From: an uncultured Bacteroidales bacterium
GTDB taxonomy: Bacteria > Bacteroidota > Bacteroidia > Bacteroidales > VadinHA17
Assembly: GCA_963825935.1 (NCBI GenBank)
Contig: CAWGUN010000009.1
Location: forward strand, 89,281 to 153,280
Reading direction: 5' to 3'
Length of the DNA stretch: 64,000 bases
Shown here: positions 20,416 through 30,682 of the stretch, one piece after another
Layout: the number at the start of each line of letters is the position of its first letter
Position numbering within the stretch: the first letter of the stretch is position 1
Program-made: the position numbers and the translations under genes
Notes under the pieces: model-generated
Seen by the model: only the letters and a program-made list of their open reading frames with translations
Told to the model about the DNA's origin: nothing
The model's database searches: none

Positions 20416-21589
20416 CTGATATTTCTTCCTCAGGCAGCTCTTCCTTCTTTATTCTTGCGTTGACTACCCTGCTGACGCTTAATATTGCCCCTATTGAGAA
20501 GCTCATTACAAGAACTGAAGTCCTTCCCCAGCTTACCATCGGAAGCGTTTGCCCCGTTACCGGGAATAATCCAACGGCAACCAGCATATTAAGTACTGCC
20601 TGAACCACTATCATCACTATTAATCCAAGCACCAGAAATGCAGGGAAGGCAGTTTCGCATTTTTTGACAATTGTGATCCCCCTGAATAACAATATCATAT
20701 AAGCAAGTATCAGGGGAATTGCCCCCAGGAACAATCCATACTCCTCAATTATTATTGCAAAAATGAAATCGGAGTTTGACTGCGGGAGCATGTTTCTCTG
20801 GGTGCTTCTGCCAGGTGCTTTTCCAAAGAGGCCGCCTGTGGAAATAGCAATTTTTGCCTGGTTCGACTGGTAATTACCGTCCGCATCGGGTTCCCCTGAG
20901 AAGTAATGCTCAATCCTGTTTTTCCACACCTCTACTCTGTTGTCTTTTGCTACAACTGTTAATACCATTGCAAAAAGCAAAACTGCTACAACAGCAATTC
21001 CGATATACGCCAGGAGAAACTTAAACGGCACTCTTCCAATGAACATGATAATCATACTGATACCAAAAATCATCATGGCAGTAGAAAGATTTTCAGGCAT
21101 AATAAGTGCGCAGATGATGGCAACAGGTATCATAAAGTATTTTGTCACCAGCATAAAATTATCCAGCTCATTCTGGTATTTCGAAAGCGTCCGGGCGAGA
21201 TACATCACAAGCGCCACTTTTGCCACATCTGATGTTTGCAGGCGGAAGCCTGTGCCTGGTATTACAAGCCAGCGTGTGGCTTCATTTACCCTCGCTCCGA
21301 ATATAAAAGTAAGCACCAGCAGTCCTGCAGCAACAATAAGAATCAGTCCTGCCATGGCAAAATAGATCCTGTATGGGAGATAACTCACCACAACTATTAT
21401 TACCAGGCTAAGCAAAAGCATTATAAACTGGCTCTTAAGAAAATAAGTTGTATTACCGCCATAATTTTTAAAAGCCACACCTACTGATGAACTGTAGACT
21501 GCCAGCAGGGAATAGACCATAAAGAGTGCTACAAGACCCCATATAGCCCTGTCACCCTTAAATGTCTTGGTAAGCCAGCCCTGCTGCAT
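20378..21589 (-). CDS. ftsW: FtsW/RodA/SpoVE family peptidoglycan glycosyltransferase
   Basis: 403 aa polytopic membrane protein, in the position between murD and murG. Confidence 0.9.
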   Translation of the reverse strand: MQQGWLTKTFKGDRAIWGLVALFMVYSLLAVYSSSVGVAFKNYGGNTTYFLKSQFIMLLLSLVIIVVVSYLPYRIYFAMAGLILIVAAGLLVLTFIFGARVNEATRWLVIPGTGFRLQTSDVAKVALVMYLARTLSKYQNELDNFMLVTKYFMIPVAIICALIMPENLSTAMMIFGISMIIMFIGRVPFKFLLAYIGIAVVAVLLFAMVLTVVAKDNRVEVWKNRIEHYFSGEPDADGNYQSNQAKIAISTGGLFGKAPGRSTQRNMLPQSNSDFIFAIIIEEYGLFLGAIPLILAYMILLFRGITIVKKCETAFPAFLVLGLIVMIVVQAVLNMLVAVGLFPVTGQTLPMVSWGRTSVLVMSFSIGAILSVSRVVNARIKKEELPEEEISDEGEKIYEPARS

Positions 21590-21599
21590 TTTATTTCAA

Positions 21600-22938
21600 T
21601 TAAAGATTTCTAACTGCTGCTTTAAACTGCCGTCCCCTGTCTTCATAATTATTGAAAAGGTCAAAACTGGCACAGGCAGGCGACAGCAACACTGTTTCAC
21701 CTTTTTTTGCAAGGTAATATGATGCTCTCACAGCCTCTTCCATAGATCCGGTTTCAACAATTGTAGGCACCTTATCCTTAAAAGACTCTATGATCTTTTT
21801 GTTATCCTTTCCCAGGCAGACAACTGCCTTTACCTTCTTCTTTACAACAGGGAAGAGCTCTGAATAATCATTGCCTTTGTCAACACCTCCGACAATCCAG
21901 ATTACATCAGTTTCCATACATTCAAGAGCATACCAGACGGAATTCACATTTGTGGCTTTTGAATCATTAATGAAGTTGATGCCACTGACTTTTATAACCG
22001 GTTCAAGCCGGTGTTCAACACCCTGAAAGTCGGCGAGACTTTCTCTGATAACATCTTTGCGGATGTTCAGTACTTTTGCTGCAATGGCTGCTGCCATTGA
22101 ATTGTAGGTGTTGTGTCGTCCTTTAAGCGCCAGTTCATGAATGGTCATAAGGTTGGTTTTATGTTGGTAATCAATTACTAATTCATTGTTTTCGACATAG
22201 GAAACCATATTCTCTGTGGTGGTATCGGAGAAAGGCATTAGTGTCATCCCAAAATGCTTTTTGGATAATTCGGCTTTAATTACCGGGTCATCGGCCCAGT
22301 AAATGAAAAAATCTGACTTTGTCTGGTTCTGTGTGATCCTTAATTTTGAATCGATATAATTCTGAAATTCGTGATCGTACCTGTCGAGATGGTCAGGGGT
22401 AATGTTCATCAGAACAGCAATTTCTGCTTTAAAATCAAACATCCCGTCAAGCTGGAAGCTGCTGAGCTCAATAACATAATAGTCATGAGGGCCCTCAGCA
22501 ACAGCCATAGCAAAGCTGTTGCCTACATTACCAGTCATCGCAACATTCTTTCCTGCTTTCTTCAGAATATGATAAATAAGGTTTGTTACAGTAGTTTTGC
22601 CATTACTTCCGGTGACACATATTTTTATTCCTGAAGCGTACCGGCCTGCAAATTCAATTTCAGAAATCACAGGGATTCCCATTTCATGAAGCTGGACAAC
22701 AATCTGCAGAATCTTCTTTGATCCCCGGACTTTTAATGACCTCATCTGCAGTCAGTATCTCTTTCCCGGAATGTTTATTTTCTTCCCATTTAATCTTATT
22801 ATCATCAAGGATCTTCCGGTACTGTTCCCTGATCTGTCCCTTATCGGATACGAATACTTTATAACCCTTCTTAAGCGCCAGAACTGCTGATCCGGTACCA
22901 CTTTCCCCCGCTCCAAGTATTACAATCTTCTTCTTCAT
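21600..22938 (-). pseudogene. murD: UDP-N-acetylmuramoylalanine--D-glutamate ligase, split by a 1-nt frameshift as sequenced (probably an intact gene plus an indel error)
   Basis: The N-terminal 84-aa ORF (MKKKIVILGAGESGTGSA...EVIKSPGI) and the 381-aa ORF (...LHEMGIPVISEIEFAGRY...VTGSNGKTT...) overlap at 22684-22745 in frames offset by +1. Removing one base in 22700-22726 restores a colinear MurD. Confidence 0.88.
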
Positions 22939-22942
22939 TTAA

Positions 22943-24199
22943 TTATCTGATCTTAAGCGTCACAATGCTTATTACTGCCAATATAATTGCCACAATCCAG
23001 AACCGGGTGACAATCTTCGGCTCAGGATATCCTTTTTTCTGATAATGATGATGTAATGGTGCCATCAGGAAAAGCCGTCTTCCTGCCCCGTATTTTCTCT
23101 TCGTTCGCTTAAACCATGCTACCTGCAGGACAACTGAAAGGTTTTCAACGAGAAATATCCCGCAAAGGATCGGGATGAGAAGTTCTTTTCTGATGATCAA
23201 TGCAAAAACCGCAATAATGCCTCCCAGGGCAAGAGAGCCAGTATCGCCCATAAAAACCTGAGCCGGATATGAATTGTACCACAGGAACCCTATTGTCGCT
23301 CCGATAAATGCACTTGCATATATTACCAGCTCCTCCGAGTGTGGGATGAACATAATATTAAGGTAGTTGGCATAAATCGCATTACTCGATACATATGCGA
23401 GTATCCCCAGCGCAGTTCCGGTAATAGCTGAAACTCCTGTCGCCAGGCCATCGAGTCCGTCGGTGAGATTAGCCCCGTTGGATACTGCTGTAAGTATGAA
23501 AATTACAACCACTACATACACCAGCCATGTCCAGGGTTGCCTGTGTTCTTTGCTTATAAATGGTACCAGCCACGCATAATCAAATTCATTATTCTTTACA
23601 AATGGGATTGTTGTCTTGGTGGATTTCCTCTCCATCGCAACTTCATTTTGGGGTGAAACCGGAACCGGTATATCGAGAAAGTCAATTCTTTCTACCGGAG
23701 TAAGTTCTGAGACCTTGACTCTTTCCATTATAATGACATCATTGCTGAAAAAGAGTACCAGTCCGACTATAAGTCCAAGTCCCACCTGACCGATAATTTT
23801 GAAACGTCCCGCCAGTCCCTCCTTATGTTTCTTAAAAATCTTTATATAGTCATCAAGAAATCCTATCATACCGAGCCAGAATGTTGTCAGAAGCATAATA
23901 AGGACATAGACATTATCGAGCTTTGCAAACAGAAGTGTTGGTATTACTATAGAAGCAAGAATAATTATGCCACCCATCGAGGGAGTTCCTATTTTCCGGT
24001 ACTGACCTTCAAGCCCTAAATCCCTGACAACCTCTCCGATCTGTTTCTTCTGAAGAAATAGTATTATCCTCTTACCAATCATCATTGAAATGATAAGGGA
24101 TGTTATTACAGCAGCTGCTGACCTGAAGGAAATAAAATTGAATACCCCGGCACCGGGAACATTAAGTTTGTCAAGATAATCAAACAAATAGGTCAGCAT
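22943..24199 (-). CDS. mraY: phospho-N-acetylmuramoyl-pentapeptide transferase
   Basis: 418 aa polytopic protein with motifs [10 protein letters not shown] and [11 protein letters not shown]. Confidence 0.95.
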   Translation of the reverse strand: MLTYLFDYLDKLNVPGAGVFNFISFRSAAAVITSLIISMMIGKRIILFLQKKQIGEVVRDLGLEGQYRKIGTPSMGGIIILASIVIPTLLFAKLDNVYVLIMLLTTFWLGMIGFLDDYIKIFKKHKEGLAGRFKIIGQVGLGLIVGLVLFFSNDVIIMERVKVSELTPVERIDFLDIPVPVSPQNEVAMERKSTKTTIPFVKNNEFDYAWLVPFISKEHRQPWTWLVYVVVVIFILTAVSNGANLTDGLDGLATGVSAITGTALGILAYVSSNAIYANYLNIMFIPHSEELVIYASAFIGATIGFLWYNSYPAQVFMGDTGSLALGGIIAVFALIIRKELLIPILCGIFLVENLSVVLQVAWFKRTKRKYGAGRRLFLMAPLHHHYQKKGYPEPKIVTRFWIVAIILAVISIVTLKIR

Positions 24200-24211
24200 C
24201 TCTATTAATTT

Positions 24212-25669
24212 TTAATTCTGTAACAGTGCTTTTCTTAGTTCTTCCCTGTCGTCGAAATGGTGTTTCACCCCGTTGATTTCCTGGTATGGTTCATGTCCTT
24301 TCCCTGCAACAAGTATTACATCGCCCGGGGAAGCCAGCATCACGGCTGTTTTTATGGCTTCTCTTCTGTCGGCGATCCTGAGGGTTCTGCTTTTCATGTC
24401 AGGACTTATTCCGGCTTCCATATCATCAAGTATCTTTTCAGGGTCTTCAGTCCTCGGATTGTCTGATGTAAGGATTAATTTTGTGCTTCCCTCGGCTGAT
24501 ATAGCTGCCATTTTCGGGCGCTTGGTCTTATCACGGTCCCCGCCTGCACCTACAACTGTTATGAGTTTCACACCGCCCTCCCTTATCTTGTTCAAAGTTC
24601 CGATCACATTCAGCAGGGCATCAGGTGTATGGGCATAATCAACTATTCCTGTTATACCACCCTTTGATCTTATGACTTCCAGGCGACCGGCAACCGGTGT
24701 AAGATCACTCAGAATGGTCAGTATTTCTTTCCTTTTTGCACCCAGAAGCTCCGAAGCTGCAAAAACAGCCAGCAGGTTTGAAGCATTGAAATCACCGATG
24801 AACCGGGTCCATACTTCCTCGCCCATAATTTTCAGGCACATTCCTTCAAAACTCTGTTCAATGAGGTTGCACCTGAAATCGGCCATTCCCCTGACTGAGA
24901 ACGTATATTTACCCGCCTTACAATTCTGGAGCATGACTTTCCCGTTTTTGTCATCAGCATTTGCAAGTGCAAAAGCTTTTTCCGGAAGTGAATCAAAAAA
25001 CCTCTTCTTTGCTGCCAGGTAATTGTCAAATGTTTTATGGTAGTCGAGATGATCATGCGTCAGGTTGGTAAAGATCCCTCCTGCAAAAACTAGTCCTGCA
25101 ATACGTTGCTGATCAGCTGAATGCGAACTGACTTCCATGAAAGCATAATCACATCCTGCTTCGGTCATTTCTGCCATAATCCTGTTTAGCTGAACAGGAT
25201 CAGGTGTCGTATGAGTGGCTGGCAGCTCTTTATCAATTATGTAATTGCAGACTGTCGAAAAAAGTCCGCATTTATATCCCAGTCCGGTAAACATTTTATA
25301 AAGGAGTGTGGCAATTGTTGTTTTGCCATTCGTACCGGTCACACCAACAAGCTTTAATGATGATGAAGGATTACCAAAGAAGTTTGAAGCAGCCTGCCCG
25401 AGAGCTTTAGCAGAATCGCTCGTTTTTATCCAGCATACTCCTGTATCAGAATTTTCAGGGAGTGTTTCACAAATTACTGCTGATGCACCTGATTTTACTG
25501 CAGTGCTTATAAAATCATGCCCGTCGGTTATTGAACCCCTTATTGCGGCAAAAAGAGTTCCTTCAGTAACCTTGCGGGAATCAAATGCTATATTCTCAAT
25601 GAGTTTTCTCTTATCTCCTGAAAAAGAGATAATCTCAATTCCTGTCAGTATCTTATTCAGTTCCATCAT
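24212..25669 (-). CDS. murE: UDP-N-acetylmuramoyl-L-alanyl-D-glutamate--2,6-diaminopimelate ligase
   Basis: 485 aa with P-loop GVTGTNGKTT and motifs DYAHTPDAL and DNPR. Confidence 0.95.
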   Translation of the reverse strand: MMELNKILTGIEIISFSGDKRKLIENIAFDSRKVTEGTLFAAIRGSITDGHDFISTAVKSGASAVICETLPENSDTGVCWIKTSDSAKALGQAASNFFGNPSSSLKLVGVTGTNGKTTIATLLYKMFTGLGYKCGLFSTVCNYIIDKELPATHTTPDPVQLNRIMAEMTEAGCDYAFMEVSSHSADQQRIAGLVFAGGIFTNLTHDHLDYHKTFDNYLAAKKRFFDSLPEKAFALANADDKNGKVMLQNCKAGKYTFSVRGMADFRCNLIEQSFEGMCLKIMGEEVWTRFIGDFNASNLLAVFAASELLGAKRKEILTILSDLTPVAGRLEVIRSKGGITGIVDYAHTPDALLNVIGTLNKIREGGVKLITVVGAGGDRDKTKRPKMAAISAEGSTKLILTSDNPRTEDPEKILDDMEAGISPDMKSRTLRIADRREAIKTAVMLASPGDVILVAGKGHEPYQEINGVKHHFDDREELRKALLQN

Positions 25670-25670
25670 T

Positions 25671-27785
25671 TTACATATTCATATCAAGGGAAACCACCTG
25701 TCCCTCGAAATATCTTGCTCCATGTTCAGGGGACTGTCGGGCCACTCTTCCTTTCCCGCTGTATTTTACTCTGTAGCCTGAATTCTCAAGAAGGTAGACA
25801 GCATCCCGCAGGCTCATTCCGCGTACATCCGGGACCAGTCCTTTTGTTATATTAATTCCGACAAGTCTGATTGTGTCTCCGTTCTCCCTGGTTGCTACCC
25901 AGTCGCTGTTCGCACCTCTTTTATATCTTATATCAAGCTCCTTGAGGACCTTGTTAATATCATCGCGATAACCATTTCCTGCTTCAGGTGCATTAAGCTT
26001 TTTACTATCCGGATTTTCGGCTGAATAATCACGGAAGAAATTTGTGGCATAAATTTTATCGGAGATTTCTTTGAATACTGTACCGGCCACCAGGTTACCA
26101 TAATAGACTCCGTTTGAAGGAGCATTGACGACAACAATACAGGAATAAAGAGGATTCTCAGCAGGGAAATAGCCGACAAATGATGCCTGGTAGGAAATCC
26201 TGGAGCCTGACCTGTATCCTGATCTACCCCTTGCAATCTGCGCTGTACCTGTTTTCCCGGCTATTTTGAAATTAGGATTTTTCAGATTGGTTGCAGTACC
26301 ACGTTCTACAACCCCCTCCATCATACTTCTCGCTTTTCTTATTGTTGAGCGCGAAGCAATAGTATTTATAATGACATCCGGTTCGTAACGCTTAATGATA
26401 TTCCCGTTACGCATTATAGCGGTGACAAATCTTGGCTTCATCATGCGACCGTCATTTGCTACCGCATTATAAAAAGTAAGTATCTGTAATGGTGTAAGCT
26501 GAACTTCATAACCGTGCGACATCATTGGTAATGAAAGTCCCGACCATAATTTGTCCCCCGGGTACCTTATCAGGGGGGCTCCTTCACCCTTTATCTGGAT
26601 ATCAAGCTTTTCATTCAGCTTCATTGCATAAAGGCGGTTCACAAAATCTTTCGGATTATTCTTATAATGTTCATAGATTACTTTAGATGTTCCAACGTTT
26701 GATGATTTCTCAAAGACCTGTTTCACGGTAAGTCTGCCAAATCCCTCTTCTTTTGTGTCCTTTATGATATTGTTGTAAAACTTTATACTGCCGGCACCTG
26801 TGTCCACAATGTCGCCGGTATCAATCACGCCGTCTTCGATAGCCGCCAACAGTGCCGGAAGCTTGAATGTCGAGCCTGGTTCTGTACTTTCTGCTACTGC
26901 ATAATTATATGATTCATGATAGCTCCCATCGTCACCCTGTTCAAGGTTTGCTATAGCCCTGATATCTCCTGTTGCTACCTCCATTACTACTGCACAGCCA
27001 TGGTGGGCATCATGTTTTTTCAGCTGGTTCATCAAAGCTGTTGTTGCAACGTCCTGCAAATCAATATCTATTGTAGTAACTACATCATTGCCATCCCGCG
27101 AGCTGACGCTGTTTGCATCATCAATGGTTATCCAGTCTCCTCCAGTAAGTCTTTGATTTACAACAACTCCGTTTTCCCCTGCGAGATATTTATCGAAAGA
27201 TCCTTCTATCCCGACTTCCGTTCCTTCACTCCCGAGATTCAGGTAACCTATAGTTCGGGCAGCCAGGTCACTGTTTGGAAGTATTCTCCGGCTTTCAGCC
27301 TGTGCTACTATTCCCCCCTTGTATTGTCCCTCCCTGAATATAGGAAGTCCCTTTACCGCCTTAAGCGTCTCATAATCAACTTTCCTCTTAATAAGAAAGT
27401 AACGGTCACCTCTGCGTCTTGCTTCTGTGATTACAGCTTTCCATCCAGCAGCGGATCTTTCTCCGAGAAGCTTTGCCAGTCCGGCTGATAATCCGTTTAT
27501 TCCTTTTGACCAGGTTGCAACCGACATCCCTGTGCTCCTGGTATCCATATAGATTGTATAATCAGGAACTGAGCTGGCCAGTAAACGTCCGTCATGAGCA
27601 AGTATGTCTCCCCTGTCGGCTGGCAGTTCTGCTGTTCTATAAACATATAGCTCGCTCATTGCAGACCATTTGCCATGCTGTACAACCTGGAGGATCACTA
27701 TGCGGATAAGAATAGCAACAGCAATCAGGGCTAATGCAAAATATACAATGCCGCCGCGCCATACTATTTCATCCCTTGCTGCCAT
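25671..27785 (-). CDS. ftsI: class B penicillin-binding protein (FtsI-type transpeptidase) with a C-terminal PASTA-like domain
   Basis: 704 aa with an N-terminal TM segment. Motifs are STFK (PGSTFKLP) and KTGT (AGKTGTA). The C-terminal GLVPDVRGMSLRDAVYLLENSGYRV looks PASTA-like. Confidence 0.9.
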   Translation of the reverse strand: MAARDEIVWRGGIVYFALALIAVAILIRIVILQVVQHGKWSAMSELYVYRTAELPADRGDILAHDGRLLASSVPDYTIYMDTRSTGMSVATWSKGINGLSAGLAKLLGERSAAGWKAVITEARRRGDRYFLIKRKVDYETLKAVKGLPIFREGQYKGGIVAQAESRRILPNSDLAARTIGYLNLGSEGTEVGIEGSFDKYLAGENGVVVNQRLTGGDWITIDDANSVSSRDGNDVVTTIDIDLQDVATTALMNQLKKHDAHHGCAVVMEVATGDIRAIANLEQGDDGSYHESYNYAVAESTEPGSTFKLPALLAAIEDGVIDTGDIVDTGAGSIKFYNNIIKDTKEEGFGRLTVKQVFEKSSNVGTSKVIYEHYKNNPKDFVNRLYAMKLNEKLDIQIKGEGAPLIRYPGDKLWSGLSLPMMSHGYEVQLTPLQILTFYNAVANDGRMMKPRFVTAIMRNGNIIKRYEPDVIINTIASRSTIRKARSMMEGVVERGTATNLKNPNFKIAGKTGTAQIARGRSGYRSGSRISYQASFVGYFPAENPLYSCIVVVNAPSNGVYYGNLVAGTVFKEISDKIYATNFFRDYSAENPDSKKLNAPEAGNGYRDDINKVLKELDIRYKRGANSDWVATRENGDTIRLVGINITKGLVPDVRGMSLRDAVYLLENSGYRVKYSGKGRVARQSPEHGARYFEGQVVSLDMNM

Positions 27786-27792
27786 ATTTCAG

Positions 27793-28158
27793 TTATTTAC
27801 TCACCAGTAATTTATAGGGTGGAGTTTTCTGCTCTTCCAGGTTAAGCCCGTGTTCCTTAACCAGCCTGTAGACTTCCGACTGCCTGCTTAAAAACATCAG
27901 ATTGGCTGATGTGGAAAGTGACTCAGCTCTCAGATCCTTAACCTCCCTCTCAAGTTTTGTTGTTTCGCGGGTAATTTTTTCTGCATGGAACCTGTTGCCG
28001 ATATATATTGCAGCCAGAAATGTAATAAGTAGAATATACCAGAGATTCTTAAGAATAATCTTCTCTGTGACCATGCTGCCGCTCAAAAGTTCCTTCATGA
28101 AACTTCCGGTCTTTGCCTGGTTTGACTTCTTCTTATTTTTTTCCTTATTCTCTGTCAT
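27793..28158 (-). CDS. FtsL-like small bitopic division protein
   Basis: 121 aa with one TM segment (LWYILLITFLAAIYIG) and a coiled-coil tail. It sits in the conserved slot between rsmH and ftsI. Confidence 0.6.
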   Translation of the reverse strand: MTENKEKNKKKSNQAKTGSFMKELLSGSMVTEKIILKNLWYILLITFLAAIYIGNRFHAEKITRETTKLEREVKDLRAESLSTSANLMFLSRQSEVYRLVKEHGLNLEEQKTPPYKLLVSK

Positions 28159-28161
28159 ATT

Positions 28162-29058
28162 TCAGATCTTTTCGGCAACCCTCAACCTTGCACTTCTCGA
28201 CCGGTTATTTTCTGCAATTTCTCCGGCACCGGGTGTTATCCCTTTCTTGTTCAGTACCCTGAAAGGTGTTTCAGGATTACCATAGAAATCTTTCTTTTCA
28301 ATACCCTCAAAATTTCCTGTCCGCATAAAATTCTTTACCACCCTGTCTTCAAGTGAATGATAGGTTATGACTACAAGTCTTCCTCCTGTTTTCAGTACAT
28401 CAAGAGACTGCAGAAGCATCTCTTTCAGAAAGTCAATCTCGTGATTAACAGCAATCCGGAGTGCCTGGAATACCTTTGCATAGAATTTATTCTCCTGCCT
28501 GCGCGGGGCCAGTTTTCCAATAGCAGAAATCAGATCACTGGCTGTTGTAACCGGACTGACAGCCCTGGCAGATACTATTTCTTTTGCAATTCTTCTTGAA
28601 TTTGTAAGTTCCCCGAAATTGTAGAAGATATCTGCCAGAAGAGGCTCGTCCAGGGATTGGATCAGGCTGGCGGCTGTAAGGGAGCTCCCTTTATTCATTC
28701 GCATGTCGAGAGGAGCATCCTGGCGAAAGGTGAACCCACGTTCCGGTTCATCAAACTGATGGAACGAAACTCCAAGATCAGCGATAAGACCATCTATTGA
28801 TTTAATGCCGTTATAAACCAGATTGTTTTTCAGGAACCGGAAGTTCTGGTTAAGAAAGATGAATCTTTTATCATCCGGGGCATTCAGCTCTGCATCTTCA
28901 TCCTGGTCAAAAGCAATTAATTTACCGGTCTCAAGCCGTTTAAGAATTTCCATTGAATGCCCTCCTCCACCAAAAGTAACATCAACATAGATCCCGTCGG
29001 ACCGGATATTCAGCCCTTCAATACTCTCATCCAGCAGTGCGGGTATATGATAAATCAT
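28162..29058 (-). CDS. rsmH: 16S rRNA (cytosine1402-N4)-methyltransferase
   Basis: 298 aa with motifs YVDVTFGGGGHS and DLGVSFHQFD. Confidence 0.95.
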   Translation of the reverse strand: MIYHIPALLDESIEGLNIRSDGIYVDVTFGGGGHSMEILKRLETGKLIAFDQDEDAELNAPDDKRFIFLNQNFRFLKNNLVYNGIKSIDGLIADLGVSFHQFDEPERGFTFRQDAPLDMRMNKGSSLTAASLIQSLDEPLLADIFYNFGELTNSRRIAKEIVSARAVSPVTTASDLISAIGKLAPRRQENKFYAKVFQALRIAVNHEIDFLKEMLLQSLDVLKTGGRLVVITYHSLEDRVVKNFMRTGNFEGIEKKDFYGNPETPFRVLNKKGITPGAGEIAENNRSRSARLRVAEKI

Positions 29059-29525
29059 TATTCGCCAGGATCGTTAGTAGTTCCACCCATAAGTTTCTCA
29101 GCAAGGTTGGCAAAGTCATCGGCCGGCATGTCTATTTTTTCATATATATCGGCTGCCCATATTTCAATTCTGCCATCCTGCCCGGCAAGAACTACGTCCC
29201 TCTGTACTCCGATAAGATCAAGGAGCCTCTTTGGAATAAGCATTCTGTTATTGCTGTCGAGTGAGAGTTCTGCTGTTCCCTTGAAAAAATTTCGCAGGAA
29301 TTTGTTGTGCTCACGATTATATGGATTGATTCTTTTCCTGATTTTTTCGAGCTGCCTGTTCCAGTCTTCAATGGAATAGAGTACCAGACAGTTTTCGAAA
29401 ATATCTTTCCGTACCACAAACTGGTCGCGTGCATCAGCAGGCATCTGCTTCTTGAATGCCATTGGAAGGATGATCCTTCCCTTGACATCTGCTTTACACG
29501 TATAATCACCAATGAATGTGGCCAT
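29058..29525 (-). CDS. mraZ: transcriptional regulator MraZ
   Basis: 155 aa with duplicated SpoVT/AbrB-like halves (DVKGRIILP ... DSNNRMLIP). It is the first gene of the dcw cluster. Confidence 0.95.
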   Translation of the reverse strand: MATFIGDYTCKADVKGRIILPMAFKKQMPADARDQFVVRKDIFENCLVLYSIEDWNRQLEKIRKRINPYNREHNKFLRNFFKGTAELSLDSNNRMLIPKRLLDLIGVQRDVVLAGQDGRIEIWAADIYEKIDMPADDFANLAEKLMGGTTNDPGE

Positions 29526-29566
29526 GAACCCTTTTTCTCAATTAATCCGCTAAAGTAAGTAAAAAA

Positions 29567-29596
29567 TCTCCACTTTCCCCCACTTTACTCCACTTT
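29567..29596 (-). promoter_or_regulatory. putative MraZ operator: three phased 10-bp direct repeats AAAGTGGnGn
   Basis: The minus strand reads AAAGTGGAGT AAAGTGGGGG AAAGTGGAGA. The plus-strand CCACTTT copies lie at 29570-29576, 29580-29586 and 29590-29596. The array sits 45-73 nt upstream of the mraZ ATG and matches the published MraZ box logic (10-bp phased GTGG/TGGG repeats). Confidence 0.6.
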
Positions 29597-29785
29597 TTTA
29601 TTTTTTTGTTAATAACTTTTAAAATATGCTTTCAGGGAGCTCAATTACTGAACGCTGGCGTGTGTCTCCTCGCAATGACAGTATCCTTTATCAGATTCAC
29701 TTTCAATCCATAAATAATTGTAAATTTGCGGTCATTATTTTTAAGACAGTTCGTTAAGAGAGGAAAGTCATCTGATACAAATGAT

Positions 29786-30604
29786 ATGCGCACATTCGAT
29801 GTTAAAGCAGTTATTTATTCAAAGAACCCTTCCCTGGCAAAAGCCATTCCTTCTTTTGTAATTAACTACCTGAAAAAGATCGTCCACCAGGATGAATTAA
29901 ATGAGTTCATTATTAGCTGCGGACATTTTAAAGATGCTGAATTCATTGAGGCAGGATTGAATTTCTTTAAAATAAAATACAAAGTTTTCGGGGGGCAGAA
30001 TATTCCCTCCACAGGCAGGTATATTTTCGTTTCCAATCATCCCCTCGGAGGTCTGGACGGACTGGTTTTCATGTTTGAATTATCGAAATATTTCAGTGAC
30101 ATAAAATTTCCTGTCAATGATATCCTGATGAATATTGAAAACCTCTCAGGAATTTTTATGCCAATCAATAAGCACGGAAGCCAGGGTAAAGAGTCTATAA
30201 GGTCTCTTGAAGCTGCATATGCCTCCGATTGCCAGATACTCTATTTTCCTGCAGGATTATGCTCCCGGAAAAAGCATGGGATCATCAAAGATCTGGAATG
30301 GCATAAAAGCTTTATATCTAAAGCTATACAACACAAGCGAGATATCGTTCCTGCATTCTTTTCAGGCCGAAATTCAGAATTTTTCTATAATCTGTCCAAC
30401 ATCAGAAAGTTCATTGGAATAAAGACAAATATTGAGATGCTTTATCTTCCGGATGAAATGTTCAAACAGATTGGAAAAGAGATTTCACTTGTTTTTGGTA
30501 AACCTGTTCCATGGCAGACATTCGATAAATCCAAATCTCACCCTGAATGGGCTGATTGGGTAAAATCCAGATCATATGAACTGGAATCATTTATTACCCG
30601 GTGA
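29786..30604 (+). CDS. PlsC/OlsA-like lysolipid O-acyltransferase (GlsA-like, N-acyl amino-acid lipid pathway)
   Basis: The ORF track starts at TTG 29726. I prefer ATG 29786 (MRTFDVKAV...). The acyltransferase motif is FVSNHPLGGLDG, and the gene lies directly upstream of an OlsB-like gene. Confidence 0.72.
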   Translation: MRTFDVKAVIYSKNPSLAKAIPSFVINYLKKIVHQDELNEFIISCGHFKDAEFIEAGLNFFKIKYKVFGGQNIPSTGRYIFVSNHPLGGLDGLVFMFELSKYFSDIKFPVNDILMNIENLSGIFMPINKHGSQGKESIRSLEAAYASDCQILYFPAGLCSRKKHGIIKDLEWHKSFISKAIQHKRDIVPAFFSGRNSEFFYNLSNIRKFIGIKTNIEMLYLPDEMFKQIGKEISLVFGKPVPWQTFDKSKSHPEWADWVKSRSYELESFITR

Positions 30605-30682
30605 AATACGAAAGAAAAAAATATTAAATTGCATTAGACTTTCTGAAAAGAATATTCCAAACGATAAATCATACTTATAAGG

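Noticed and set aside
22700-22726. Programmed ribosomal frameshifting as the explanation for the murD, miaB and GH2 splits.
   Set aside because: No slippery heptamer, shared motif or downstream structure is present at the four sites, and no precedent exists for these genes. An indel error is simpler.
26916-27488. 190-aa plus-strand ORF, along with similar ORFs at 25308-25781, 24273-24638 and 24672-25022.
   Set aside because: These ORFs lie entirely antisense within the well-supported ftsI and murE genes. They have low-complexity, Cys/Ser-rich composition and no recognisable motifs, which is typical of shadow ORFs.
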